Source: Phycisphaera mikurensis
GTDB taxonomy: Bacteria > Planctomycetota > B15-G4 > JADJEK01
Assembly: GCA_020723465.1 (NCBI GenBank)
Contig: DYIW01000004.1
Span: forward strand, 1-48,774
Direction: 5' to 3'
Length of the DNA: 48,774 nucleotides
Shown here: piece by piece, positions 9,208 to 17,454 of the stretch
Layout: every line of letters begins with the position of its first letter
Position numbering within the stretch: the first letter of the stretch is position 1
Notes under the pieces: generated by a model
Seen by the model: the letters and a program-made list of their open reading frames with translations, nothing else
Told to the model about the DNA's origin: nothing
The model's database searches: none
Program-made: the position numbers and the translations under genes

Positions 9208-10101
9208 TCACGAGCCGAAGGCGCCGGCGAGCATCTCGTCGTAGGGCCGCGGCCGATAGCCCAGTATCTCCGCTGCCTCGGCCAGGGAGTGCAGGTGGTC
9301 GTGCGAGAAGAAGGCGATGCGAGCGTCGAGGGCGGCGCCGGCTCCAGCCGGCCGCAGGAGGCAGGCGGCGGCCCTGAGCAGGGAGAGCGGCAGGGGCACG
9401 ATCCTCGCCCGGCCGCCGGTGCGGTCGCGCGCCTCGCGCCAGAGCCGCGAGATGGGGATTCCCTCCTCCGGCCCGGCGATGACGAGGTTCCTGCCGATCG
9501 CCGAGGCGCGCCCGACCGCGGCGAGCGCGGCCTGCGCCACGTCGTCGACGTGCACCGGCTGGATGCGGTTCCGCCCTCCCGCGGGCAGGAGGCGCGGCCA
9601 GGGAGGCGCGAGGCGTGCGACCAGGCGCGACAACTCCGCGCTCTCGGCGCAAGAGCCGAGCACCAGCGTGGGCCGCAGCAGCGTGAGCTCGAGCCCGGCC
9701 GCGGCCAGCACCTCCTCCTGCGCGCGCTTGGCCGCGCGGTACTCGGTTTCGCCCGGTTCGAACACGGCGGCGCTGGAGATGGCGACCAGCCGGCGCGGCG
9801 CGCCTCCGTCCCGGCAGGCGGCGGCCAGGTTCCGCGAGGCGACGACGTTCAGGTCGTGGAGCTGCGCGGGCGTGGCGCCAGGGCCCGCGCCCGCCGCGTG
9901 GATGCCGGCGTCGCAGTCGCGGATCGCCGGCAGGATGGTCCCGGGAACGAGCAGGTCGAGCTCGCGCACCTCGACGCGCTCCGCCCGAGCGATCCAGGTC
10001 GCGTCAAGAGACAGCGCTACGGCCACGTGTCCATGGGCCGCGACCGCGCGCACGCAGCGCCGGCCGATGAACCCGCTCGCGCCCGTGACGTAGATGCGCA
10101 T
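9208..10101 (-). CDS. NAD(P)-dependent epimerase/dehydratase family (SDR) protein
   Basis: The ORF-track entry was trimmed to the ATG at 10101. MRIYVTGASGFIGRR Rossmann motif and YRAAK catalytic YxxxK. 297 aa. Confidence 0.8.
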   Translation of the reverse strand: MRIYVTGASGFIGRRCVRAVAAHGHVAVALSLDATWIARAERVEVRELDLLVPGTILPAIRDCDAGIHAAGAGPGATPAQLHDLNVVASRNLAAACRDGGAPRRLVAISSAAVFEPGETEYRAAKRAQEEVLAAAGLELTLLRPTLVLGSCAESAELSRLVARLAPPWPRLLPAGGRNRIQPVHVDDVAQAALAAVGRASAIGRNLVIAGPEEGIPISRLWREARDRTGGRARIVPLPLSLLRAAACLLRPAGAGAALDARIAFFSHDHLHSLAEAAEILGYRPRPYDEMLAGAFGS

Positions 10102-10118
10102 GCCGGCGTGTTCGCTCT

Positions 10119-12629
10119 TCAGCCGCGATGGCCGGTGCGCAGCACTTCGATGTAGGCGCTGACCGCCGCGCCGATGTCCCCCGCGCGCGCGCTGGCGGCG
10201 AAGTCGAGCGCGGCCTGGCGCAGGCGCTGGTTGGCGGCGCGCGTACGGTCGAGCAGGGTCGGGGGAGTTCCGGCGGCAAGGGGCGCGACATCCGTGGCGG
10301 CCGCGAGCAGGCGCAGGACCTCGGTGGCGTAGCCGGCGCGGAAGGCGGAGAGCGGCGACGTGAACTCGATCCAGGGGTGGTCGTCCGTGATCAAGGCCGG
10401 CGCGCGCCGCGCCAGCGCGCGCAGCGTGCCTGTCCCGGCGAAGAAGCAGGCCAGGAGGTCGTGCGGCTGGTAGATGCCGACCTGGGCCAGGCTGGCGCGC
10501 GTGGGTTCGCGCGCGAGCGCGAGCTGCACCCGTTCGGCGTCGAGAACGAAGGGCCGCTCGCTGCCGAGAAGCACCAGGTCGTAGCCCGTGAGCCAGGCAC
10601 ACACCTCGGGGAAGACCGAGGAGAACGTGGCGAAAATGCCGGCGATGTCCTCGGTGGTCAGCTCGTAGAGGGGGATCCACTGGGACATCAGCCCTCCGGG
10701 CGCCAGGTGCGCGCGGGCGAGCGTGTAGTACTCGACCGTGTATAGGTAGGCCGACCCGGCCACCCAGGGGTGGATCGGGTCCGCCGAAATGACGTCGTAG
10801 CGGTCCCCGGAACGCTGCAGGAACGCCCGGCCGTCATCCACGTAGGCGCGCACGTTCCTACGTTCGAGCACGCGGCCGGTCCATTCGTCGAATATGGGGC
10901 AGGCGTCGATCACCGCGCGGCTGAGTTCGACGATCTCCACCGACTCGGCGCCGGACAGGGCGAGCGCGCCGCTCGACATGCCCGTGCCCAGGCCGATGGA
11001 GAGGATGCGGTGCGGCCCGGGGTGGGCGAGCGTGGAGATGAATCCCAGCAGGAGCTGCAGCCTGCGGTCGATGAAGAGCGAGGAGGCCACGGTCTTGCCG
11101 TTGACGGCCAGGCAGCGCACGGGCTCGGATTCGCTCGCGTGGCGCGCCAGGAACACCTTGACGGATGAGGCCGGCGACTCGGCGTAGAACAGCCCCGTGA
11201 GGCCTTCCGCGCGGCCGGGCGCCTCGCCCTGGCGCAGCCCGGAGCCGACCAGCGCGGCGGCGGCGCAGAGGACGGCGGCAAGCAGCGGCACGGAGATCTT
11301 CTCAGCCGCCCGGCGCGCGGCGAGGAGCGCCGGCAGCCCGGCAGCGAGGGCGACGCAGGCCACGACCAGCAGCGACATCCTGAGACCGAGCAGCGGCAGG
11401 AGCAGGAAGGCCGCGCCCAGGGAGCCGAGAACGGAGCCGGCGGTGTTGGCGGCGTAGAGCGCTCCCAGTCCGCGGGAGAGGGCGCCGGGAGAGGATCCGC
11501 AGGCGCGCGCCGCGGCCGGCAGGATGGCGCCGGAGAGCAGCGTGGCGGGCAGGAAGGCGAGAGCCGCCAGGCCGCCCGAGGAGAGCAGGAAGCCGAGCAG
11601 GCCGTAGGCCTCCTCCGGGTGGCCGAGGTTGCGAGCGCCCAGCAGCGGGTCCTCGGCCCCGAGGCGCAGGCGCAGCAGCAGGAGCCCGAGCCCGACCGCG
11701 CCTCCCAGGGCCGCGCAGCAGGCGGCGAGCGAGGAGAGAGGGCGCTCGCCGCGCGCGAGCCAGCCGCCGCCGCAGGCGCCGCCCAGGGCGATGCCGAGCA
11801 GGAAGACCGCGAGCACGGAGGCGAAGGCGAAGACCGAGGCGCCGAGCAAGGTGATGAGGAGGCGCGTGCCCAGCACCTGGAGCGCGATGGAGGCGCAGCC
11901 GGTGAGCAGCACGCACAGGATGAGCGGGCCGCGCTGGCGCAAGGGCGGCTCGCCGCGCTCCGCCGCGCCCGGACTCGGGGCGGCGGCGGCCTTCGCGCCG
12001 CGCCGGGATGCCAACCACAGCGCGGCGCCGGCCAGAGCAAGGTTGGCTCCCGCGGCCGTGTGCGTGGCCAGGCGCAGGCCCGCGGCCGGCAAGAGCGCGT
12101 AGGCGGCGAGCAGCGTGCCGAGGAAGGGGCCCGCGGTGTTCCAGCCGTAGAGCAGGCCGACGCGGCGTGCGGTCTCTTGCGGTGCGAGGCCGGCCGCGAC
12201 GGCGCGGCCCAGCACCGGGAAGGTCGCTCCCATCATCAGGGTGGGCCAGAGCAGCAGCAGGAAAGCGAGCGCGAGCGTGCCGGCCGGGAAGGCGCTGTCG
12301 CCCGGAGGGGGCGCGGCGAAGGCGCGCGCGGCGGAGAACAGCCAGGGCGAGGAGATGCCGAACGCGGCGATCAGCAGCTCCAGGGCCGCGTACACGCGCA
12401 GGGGGTCGCCGCGCACCAGCAGCCGGCCGCCGAGCCAGGCGCCCAGGCCGAGCCCGCCGAGAAACGAGGTGACTACGGCCGCCACGGCGTGGATGGCCAC
12501 GCCGAAGAGCAGGCCGAGGGAGCGGAAGAACACGATCTCGTAGACGAGGGCCGCGGCTCCGGACACGAGCGCCAGGCCCAAGATCGACGCGCTGCCGGCA
12601 TCCGCTCTCGAACCGCTCTTCTCCGTCAT
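10119..12629 (-). CDS. fused polytopic membrane domain / spermidine-synthase-like (aminopropyl- or methyltransferase fold) protein
   Basis: Trimmed to the ATG at 12629 (MTEKSGS...). About 480 aa of repeated hydrophobic helices, then a SpeE-like core (ILSIGLGTGMSSGAL...VEIVELS...DVISADPIHPW...) and a helical C-terminal tail. Confidence 0.8.
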   Translation of the reverse strand: MTEKSGSRADAGSASILGLALVSGAAALVYEIVFFRSLGLLFGVAIHAVAAVVTSFLGGLGLGAWLGGRLLVRGDPLRVYAALELLIAAFGISSPWLFSAARAFAAPPPGDSAFPAGTLALAFLLLLWPTLMMGATFPVLGRAVAAGLAPQETARRVGLLYGWNTAGPFLGTLLAAYALLPAAGLRLATHTAAGANLALAGAALWLASRRGAKAAAAPSPGAAERGEPPLRQRGPLILCVLLTGCASIALQVLGTRLLITLLGASVFAFASVLAVFLLGIALGGACGGGWLARGERPLSSLAACCAALGGAVGLGLLLLRLRLGAEDPLLGARNLGHPEEAYGLLGFLLSSGGLAALAFLPATLLSGAILPAAARACGSSPGALSRGLGALYAANTAGSVLGSLGAAFLLLPLLGLRMSLLVVACVALAAGLPALLAARRAAEKISVPLLAAVLCAAAALVGSGLRQGEAPGRAEGLTGLFYAESPASSVKVFLARHASESEPVRCLAVNGKTVASSLFIDRRLQLLLGFISTLAHPGPHRILSIGLGTGMSSGALALSGAESVEIVELSRAVIDACPIFDEWTGRVLERRNVRAYVDDGRAFLQRSGDRYDVISADPIHPWVAGSAYLYTVEYYTLARAHLAPGGLMSQWIPLYELTTEDIAGIFATFSSVFPEVCAWLTGYDLVLLGSERPFVLDAERVQLALAREPTRASLAQVGIYQPHDLLACFFAGTGTLRALARRAPALITDDHPWIEFTSPLSAFRAGYATEVLRLLAAATDVAPLAAGTPPTLLDRTRAANQRLRQAALDFAASARAGDIGAAVSAYIEVLRTGHRG

Positions 12630-12775
12630 CGCGTACGTGTCCGTGAGGATTGGTTGCGCGGCAGCATAGCGCACGCGGGCGCGGAAGGAGCGGCGCGTCG
12701 AGATGTGGCGGCCGCGCCAGAAGGAAGTTGGAACCAGGGCGCGACTCAAGTACGACTGGATGCTGGCCGCGAACC

Positions 12776-13930
12776 ATGCGCATCGCTCAGGTTATGGAAT
12801 GCACGGTGGGCGGAACCCGCCGCCACATCGGCGAGCTGTGCCGGGGCCTCGCCGGCGAGTCCTTCGCCGTCACCCTGTTCGCCTCGGCCGTGCGCGATCC
12901 GGCGTTCCGCGGGGATCTGGAGGGCCTGCGCGCGGCCGGCGTGGAAGTGGTGGAGATCCCGCTGCGGCGCGAGATCAATCCCCTGCGGGACGGCGCGCAC
13001 CTCGCGCGCCTGGCGCGCGCGTTCCGGGCACGGCGCTTCGACGTGATCCACACCCACTCGAGCAAGGGCGGGTTCCTGGGCCGCCTGGCCGGCCGCCTCG
13101 CCTGTCCGCGCGTGCCGCTGGTGCACACGCCGCACGCCTTCGCCTTCAACTTCACCGAGCAATTCGGCGCGGCGCGGCGGCGCCTCTTCCTCGCCCTCGA
13201 GCGCTGGCTCGGGAAGTACACCGCGCGCATGGTCCACGTCTCGCCCTCGGAGCGGGACGAGGCCGTGCGCCTGGGGATCGTCCCGGCCGAACGCACGCTG
13301 GTGGTGCCGAACGGCATCGATCCGGCGCCGTACGCCGCGGCCGACGCGGGCGCGCTGCGCCGCGAGCTGGACCTCTCCGCGGGCGCGCCGCTCGTCGGCA
13401 CGGTCGGACTCCTGAACGAGGCCAAGGGGCACGCGCACCTGATCGACGCCGCGGCCCTGGTGCGGGAGCGGCTGCCCGCCGCCGTCTTCGTCATCGCCGG
13501 CGACGGACCGCTGCGCGCGCACCTGGAACGTCGCATCGAGGCCAAGGGGCTCGGTGCGAGCGTGCGGCTCCTGGGCTACCGGCGGGACGTGGCGCGCATC
13601 CTGGCCGCGCTCGATGTGTTCGTGCTGCCCTCTCTGTGGGAGGGGCTGCCGTACGTGGTGCTCGAGGCCATGGCCGCCGGCCGCGCGGTCATCGCCAGCG
13701 ACGTGAACGGCTGCCGCGACCTGGTGGTGCCGGAGGACACGGGACTGTTGGTGCCGCCGGCCGCGCCGCGGGCTCTGGCGGAGGCGATCGCGCGCCTGCT
13801 GCACGCGGGCGACGAACGGCGGCGCTTCGGCGAAGCCGGCAGGAGGCGAGTGGCCGCGGACTTCTCGCTCACCGCGATGCTGCAGCAGTACGCGGCGCTC
13901 TACCGCTCGCTCGCGGCGAGGAAGACATGA
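12776..13930 (+). CDS. glycosyltransferase family 4 (GT-B)
   Basis: Trimmed to the ATG at 12776 (MRIAQVMECTVGGTRRH...). C-terminal EGLPYVVLEAMAAGRAVIASDVNG (E-x7-E region). Its stop overlaps the next start (ATGA at 13927-13930). Confidence 0.85.
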   Translation: MRIAQVMECTVGGTRRHIGELCRGLAGESFAVTLFASAVRDPAFRGDLEGLRAAGVEVVEIPLRREINPLRDGAHLARLARAFRARRFDVIHTHSSKGGFLGRLAGRLACPRVPLVHTPHAFAFNFTEQFGAARRRLFLALERWLGKYTARMVHVSPSERDEAVRLGIVPAERTLVVPNGIDPAPYAAADAGALRRELDLSAGAPLVGTVGLLNEAKGHAHLIDAAALVRERLPAAVFVIAGDGPLRAHLERRIEAKGLGASVRLLGYRRDVARILAALDVFVLPSLWEGLPYVVLEAMAAGRAVIASDVNGCRDLVVPEDTGLLVPPAAPRALAEAIARLLHAGDERRRFGEAGRRRVAADFSLTAMLQQYAALYRSLAARKT

Positions 13931-15066
13931 AGCGCGCCGCGCGCATCCTGTTCGTCATCACCACCCTCGACGTGGGCGGGGCGGAGAAGCACCTGCTCTG
14001 GCTGGCGCGCGGCCTGCTGCTGCGCGGTTTTCAGGTCGACGTGGCCTACCTAAAGGGGGCGGGGAGCCTGGCGCCGGAGTTTCTCTCCTCGGGCGCCAAG
14101 GTGGCCAAGGTGCGCTTCGAGCACCCGGCGGACGCGCCGGCCACGTGCCTGCGCCTGGCCGCGCTCATGCGCCGCGGCCGCTACGACCTCGTGCACACGC
14201 ACCTGCTGAAGGCGGACGCCCTGGGCGCCCTGGCGGCGCTCCTGGCGCGCCCCGGCGCGCTGGTCGCGTCCAAGCACAACGAGGAGCAGGCGCTGAAGCG
14301 CCAGGTGATCGGTCGCGTGCATGGCGTCCTGAGCCGCGTGCCGCGGCGCATCATCGCCCTCTCGGACCACGTGCTCGAGTACACGGTGGCGCGGGGGCGG
14401 GCGCCGCGGGAGCGCCTGCGGCGCGTGTACTACGGCATCGATGCAACGCGCTTCGAGAGCGGGGCGCGGGAGAGCACGCGCGCGCGTCTCGGCATCGGCC
14501 CGGCCACGCACGCGGCGCTGTGCGTGGCGCGCTTCCACCCACAGAAGGACCACGCCACGCTCTTCCGCGCGGCGGCGCGCCTGTGCGCGGACGGTTGCGA
14601 TTTCCGGCTGCTGCTGGCCGGGGGCGATCCCTTCTACGGCCAGACCGAGCGCCTGCGCGGCCTGGCGGCCGGCCTGGGCCTCTGCGGCACGGTGGACTTC
14701 CTCGGCATCCGCGGCGACATCCCGGACCTGCTCGCCGCATGCGATCTGTTCGTGCTGCCCTCCCGCTACGAGGGCCTCGGCCTGGTCTACCTCGAGGCGA
14801 TGGCGGCCTCCCGGCCGGTGCTCGCCACGCGCACCGCGGCGATCCCCGAGGTGGTGGCGCACGGCGTGACCGGACTCCTGGTCGAGCAGGGCGACGACCG
14901 CCGGCTTGCCGCGAGCTGGAAGCGGCTCATGACGGACCGGGACGAGAGCCGCAGGATGGGGGAGGCGGGCCGCGCCCGGGTGGCGGAGCGTTTCGGCCTG
15001 GCGCGAATGGTGAACGAGACCATCGAGGTGTACCGCGAGGCCCTGGGGGATCGCGCGTTCTTCTAG
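13927..15066 (+). CDS. glycosyltransferase family 4 (GT-B)
   Basis: MKRAARILFVITTLDVGGAEKHL..., YEGLGLVYLEAMAASRPVLATRTAAIPEVV. Translationally coupled to the upstream GT4 gene. Confidence 0.85.
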   Translation: MKRAARILFVITTLDVGGAEKHLLWLARGLLLRGFQVDVAYLKGAGSLAPEFLSSGAKVAKVRFEHPADAPATCLRLAALMRRGRYDLVHTHLLKADALGALAALLARPGALVASKHNEEQALKRQVIGRVHGVLSRVPRRIIALSDHVLEYTVARGRAPRERLRRVYYGIDATRFESGARESTRARLGIGPATHAALCVARFHPQKDHATLFRAAARLCADGCDFRLLLAGGDPFYGQTERLRGLAAGLGLCGTVDFLGIRGDIPDLLAACDLFVLPSRYEGLGLVYLEAMAASRPVLATRTAAIPEVVAHGVTGLLVEQGDDRRLAASWKRLMTDRDESRRMGEAGRARVAERFGLARMVNETIEVYREALGDRAFF

Positions 15067-15195
15067 GAGGGAAGGGCCATTCGCCTGTGGCACTGCCCGC
15101 CAGAGTCTTCGCACGGCGCAAAGGTCCCCAACCTCCCGGCCGAGAACCCGAGGCATCTCAGTGCGCGGAGGCCGGCAGTCGGTCGAAGGGGCCTC

Positions 15196-15230
15196 CGGCT
15201 TCCAACTTCGGACTTCGGACTTCGAACTTC
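15196..15230. repeat. heptanucleotide tandem repeat (NNRCTTC) x5
   Basis: cggcttc caacttc ggacttc ggacttc gaacttc, read directly. It lies inside the 555-nt non-coding gap 15067-15621. Confidence 0.6.
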
Positions 15231-15621
15231 AAGCTCGCGGCGGCGCCGGCAGGACCCGACCAGTGAGCGCGGACACGTTTGGTTGTGGCGCCGCCGCGCT
15301 GTGCCGATGCTGCACACGCCGGCTTGATTCCTGGTGCTGTCGGGTTCTGGCCGGCGTGAGCGGGAGCGCGGCTCCCTGTCCGGAGCAGGTGATCCTGGCG
15401 GCGCGTACGGTCTTTCCGCTGCACCGCGCCGGGCCGGCAGAGGCAGAGTCGCCATGGGCACGGCAGGTGCTATTCGGTCCGTCTGGTATCGTGCGTGCCT
15501 GGATCGAGCAATCCATCGGCAGCGGCGCGGCCGCGGGCAGCGCGAAGGGAGCGAACTTCCCTTCTGCCCGCGGCGGCGCCGGACGCTGGCATCGACCCCG
15601 AATACGTGGAGGAGTCCGTAC

Positions 15622-17454
15622 ATGAGGATCCTGAACAGGAAGTCCTGGTTCGCGGCCCTGGCACTTGGCGCCGCGGCGCTGGCGCCCGCGGCCTGGGCCG
15701 CCGCGCCCGACCAGGAAGGCGGCGCCGCGCCGCAGGCCAAGATCAAGGTCGTCGATCTGACGATCAAGGGCGCCGACCAGGAGGACCCGCCGGCCGCGGT
15801 TCCCATCGGCCCGCAGCAACGCAACTTCCGGGCGCGCCTGCTGCTCCTGCGGCAGGTCGCCGCCGATCCCGCGGTCGCAGGCGTCCGGCTCACGGTCAAG
15901 GGCGCGCCGGACTTCGCGCGCAGCATCGACTTGCTGAAGGAGCTGCGCGCCGTCAAGGAGGCGGGCAAGAAGATCGTGTGCTACGCCGAGACCATGGACC
16001 AGCGGTCGCTCATGTTCGCCTCCGTGGCCGACGTGCTGGCCATGCCTCCTTCGGGCATGGTCGTGCTCGAGGGCCTGCTGGCCGAGATCATGTACCTGAA
16101 GGACCTGCTCGCGCTCATCGACCTGAAGGTCGAGGTGGACCACATCGGCGACTTCAAGACGGCCTACGAGGAGCTGGCGCGCAGCACCATGAGCGAGGAG
16201 CAGCGCAAGGTCATCGGCTTGCTGCTCGAGGAGTTCTACGGCCAGATCCTGGACACGATCGCGACGCAGCGCGGCATCGGCCGCGACCAGGTCGAGGCGT
16301 TGTTCGACGAGATGATCGTCACGCCGCGCCGGGCGCAGGAGGCCGGCCTCATCTCCCTGGTCGGCTACCGCGACGAGTTCGACCAGCGCTGCGAGGAGGT
16401 GTTCGGCGGCAAGGTCGAGTACGACGAGGACTACGGCGACTCGGGCAAGGAAGAGCTGGAGAAGATGCTCGAGAGCCCATTCGCCATGCTGCAGCTCATG
16501 GTCAAGCTCCTGAAACCGGCCAAGCGGGAGCTGCCCGACGAGCCGCGCATCGCCATGGTCTACGCCACCGGCCCGATCCAGAGCGGCAAGAGCAAGTCGG
16601 GCTTCGACGGGTCGATCTCGGCCATGGGCTGTGACACGATCGTCAAGGCACTCGACACGGTGCTCGCGGACGACTGGGTCAAGGCCGTGATCCTGCGCGT
16701 GAACAGCCCGGGCGGCAGCGCCATCGCCAGCGACATGATCTGGCGCGCGACGCAGCGCGTGAAGGCGAAGAAGCCGATCATCGCGTCCATGGGCGGGGTG
16801 GCGGGTTCGGGCGGCTACTGGATCTCCATGGGCTGCGACCGCATCGTGGCGCAGCCGAGCACCATCACCGGTTCGATCGGCGTGGTCTCCATGCTGCCCG
16901 ACCCGTCCGGCACGATGAAGAAGATGCACATCAACATCGAGGCGGTCGGCATCGGCCCGCACTGGCAGGAGATGGCGATCCTGCGGAACGGCGTCGGCCC
17001 GGCCGTGAAGAAGAAGATCCACGACAACATGCTGCAGGTCTACGAGGAGTTCATCGACAAGGTCTCGAAGGGCCGCGGGATGAACCCGCAAGTGCTCGAG
17101 ACCCTGGCGCGCGGCCGCGTCTGGACCGGCCGGCAGGCGGTCGACCTCAACCTGGTGGACCGCCTCGGCGGGATCGAGGAGTCGATCGCCCTGGCGTGCG
17201 AGTTGGCCGGCGGCGGCCTCGACCCGAAGACCGTCTCGATCGTCGAGTATCCCGAGGCACCCAACTTCTTCGAGCAGATCGAGGAGGCCTTCGACGAGAT
17301 GACCACGATCGAGGGGCAGGCGCGGCGCCTGCTGGTCAGGCTCGGCTACGGCGACTTCGCGGCCACGGCCGAGATGCTGCTGGAGAGTTGCGGCGGCGGC
17401 CTCGGCCCGGACTGCGTGCAGGCGATCATGCCCTTCGCGCTGAGGATTCGTTAG
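15622..17454 (+). CDS. sppA: signal peptide peptidase SppA, 67K type (two tandem S49 domains)
   Basis: Trimmed to the ATG at 15622, with GGAGGAG upstream. Signal peptide MRILNRKSWFAALALGAAALAPAAWA. Second-domain serine motif GGVAGSGGYWISMGCD. 610 aa. Confidence 0.88.
   Translation: MRILNRKSWFAALALGAAALAPAAWAAAPDQEGGAAPQAKIKVVDLTIKGADQEDPPAAVPIGPQQRNFRARLLLLRQVAADPAVAGVRLTVKGAPDFARSIDLLKELRAVKEAGKKIVCYAETMDQRSLMFASVADVLAMPPSGMVVLEGLLAEIMYLKDLLALIDLKVEVDHIGDFKTAYEELARSTMSEEQRKVIGLLLEEFYGQILDTIATQRGIGRDQVEALFDEMIVTPRRAQEAGLISLVGYRDEFDQRCEEVFGGKVEYDEDYGDSGKEELEKMLESPFAMLQLMVKLLKPAKRELPDEPRIAMVYATGPIQSGKSKSGFDGSISAMGCDTIVKALDTVLADDWVKAVILRVNSPGGSAIASDMIWRATQRVKAKKPIIASMGGVAGSGGYWISMGCDRIVAQPSTITGSIGVVSMLPDPSGTMKKMHINIEAVGIGPHWQEMAILRNGVGPAVKKKIHDNMLQVYEEFIDKVSKGRGMNPQVLETLARGRVWTGRQAVDLNLVDRLGGIEESIALACELAGGGLDPKTVSIVEYPEAPNFFEQIEEAFDEMTTIEGQARRLLVRLGYGDFAATAEMLLESCGGGLGPDCVQAIMPFALRIR

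Noticed and set aside
15105-15165. A c-di-GMP-I (GEMM-I) riboswitch-like string, CACGGCGCAAAGG...CTCCCGGCCGAGAACC, in the gap upstream of sppA.
   Set aside because: It resembles only the ACGCAAAGC...CCGGCC half of the motif. I could not find the 5' GCAAA-containing hairpin with a GNRA loop or a closing P1 stem. A covariance-model scan would be needed, and I expect it to fail.
15161-15625. A 154-aa plus-strand ORF in the long gap, with a Cys-rich patch (FGCGAAALCRCCTRRLDSWCC).
   Set aside because: It has mixed third-position composition and an Arg/Gly-rich low-complexity translation. It has no RBS at the GTG start, and it runs through the heptad repeat and into the sppA start. It is more likely non-coding.
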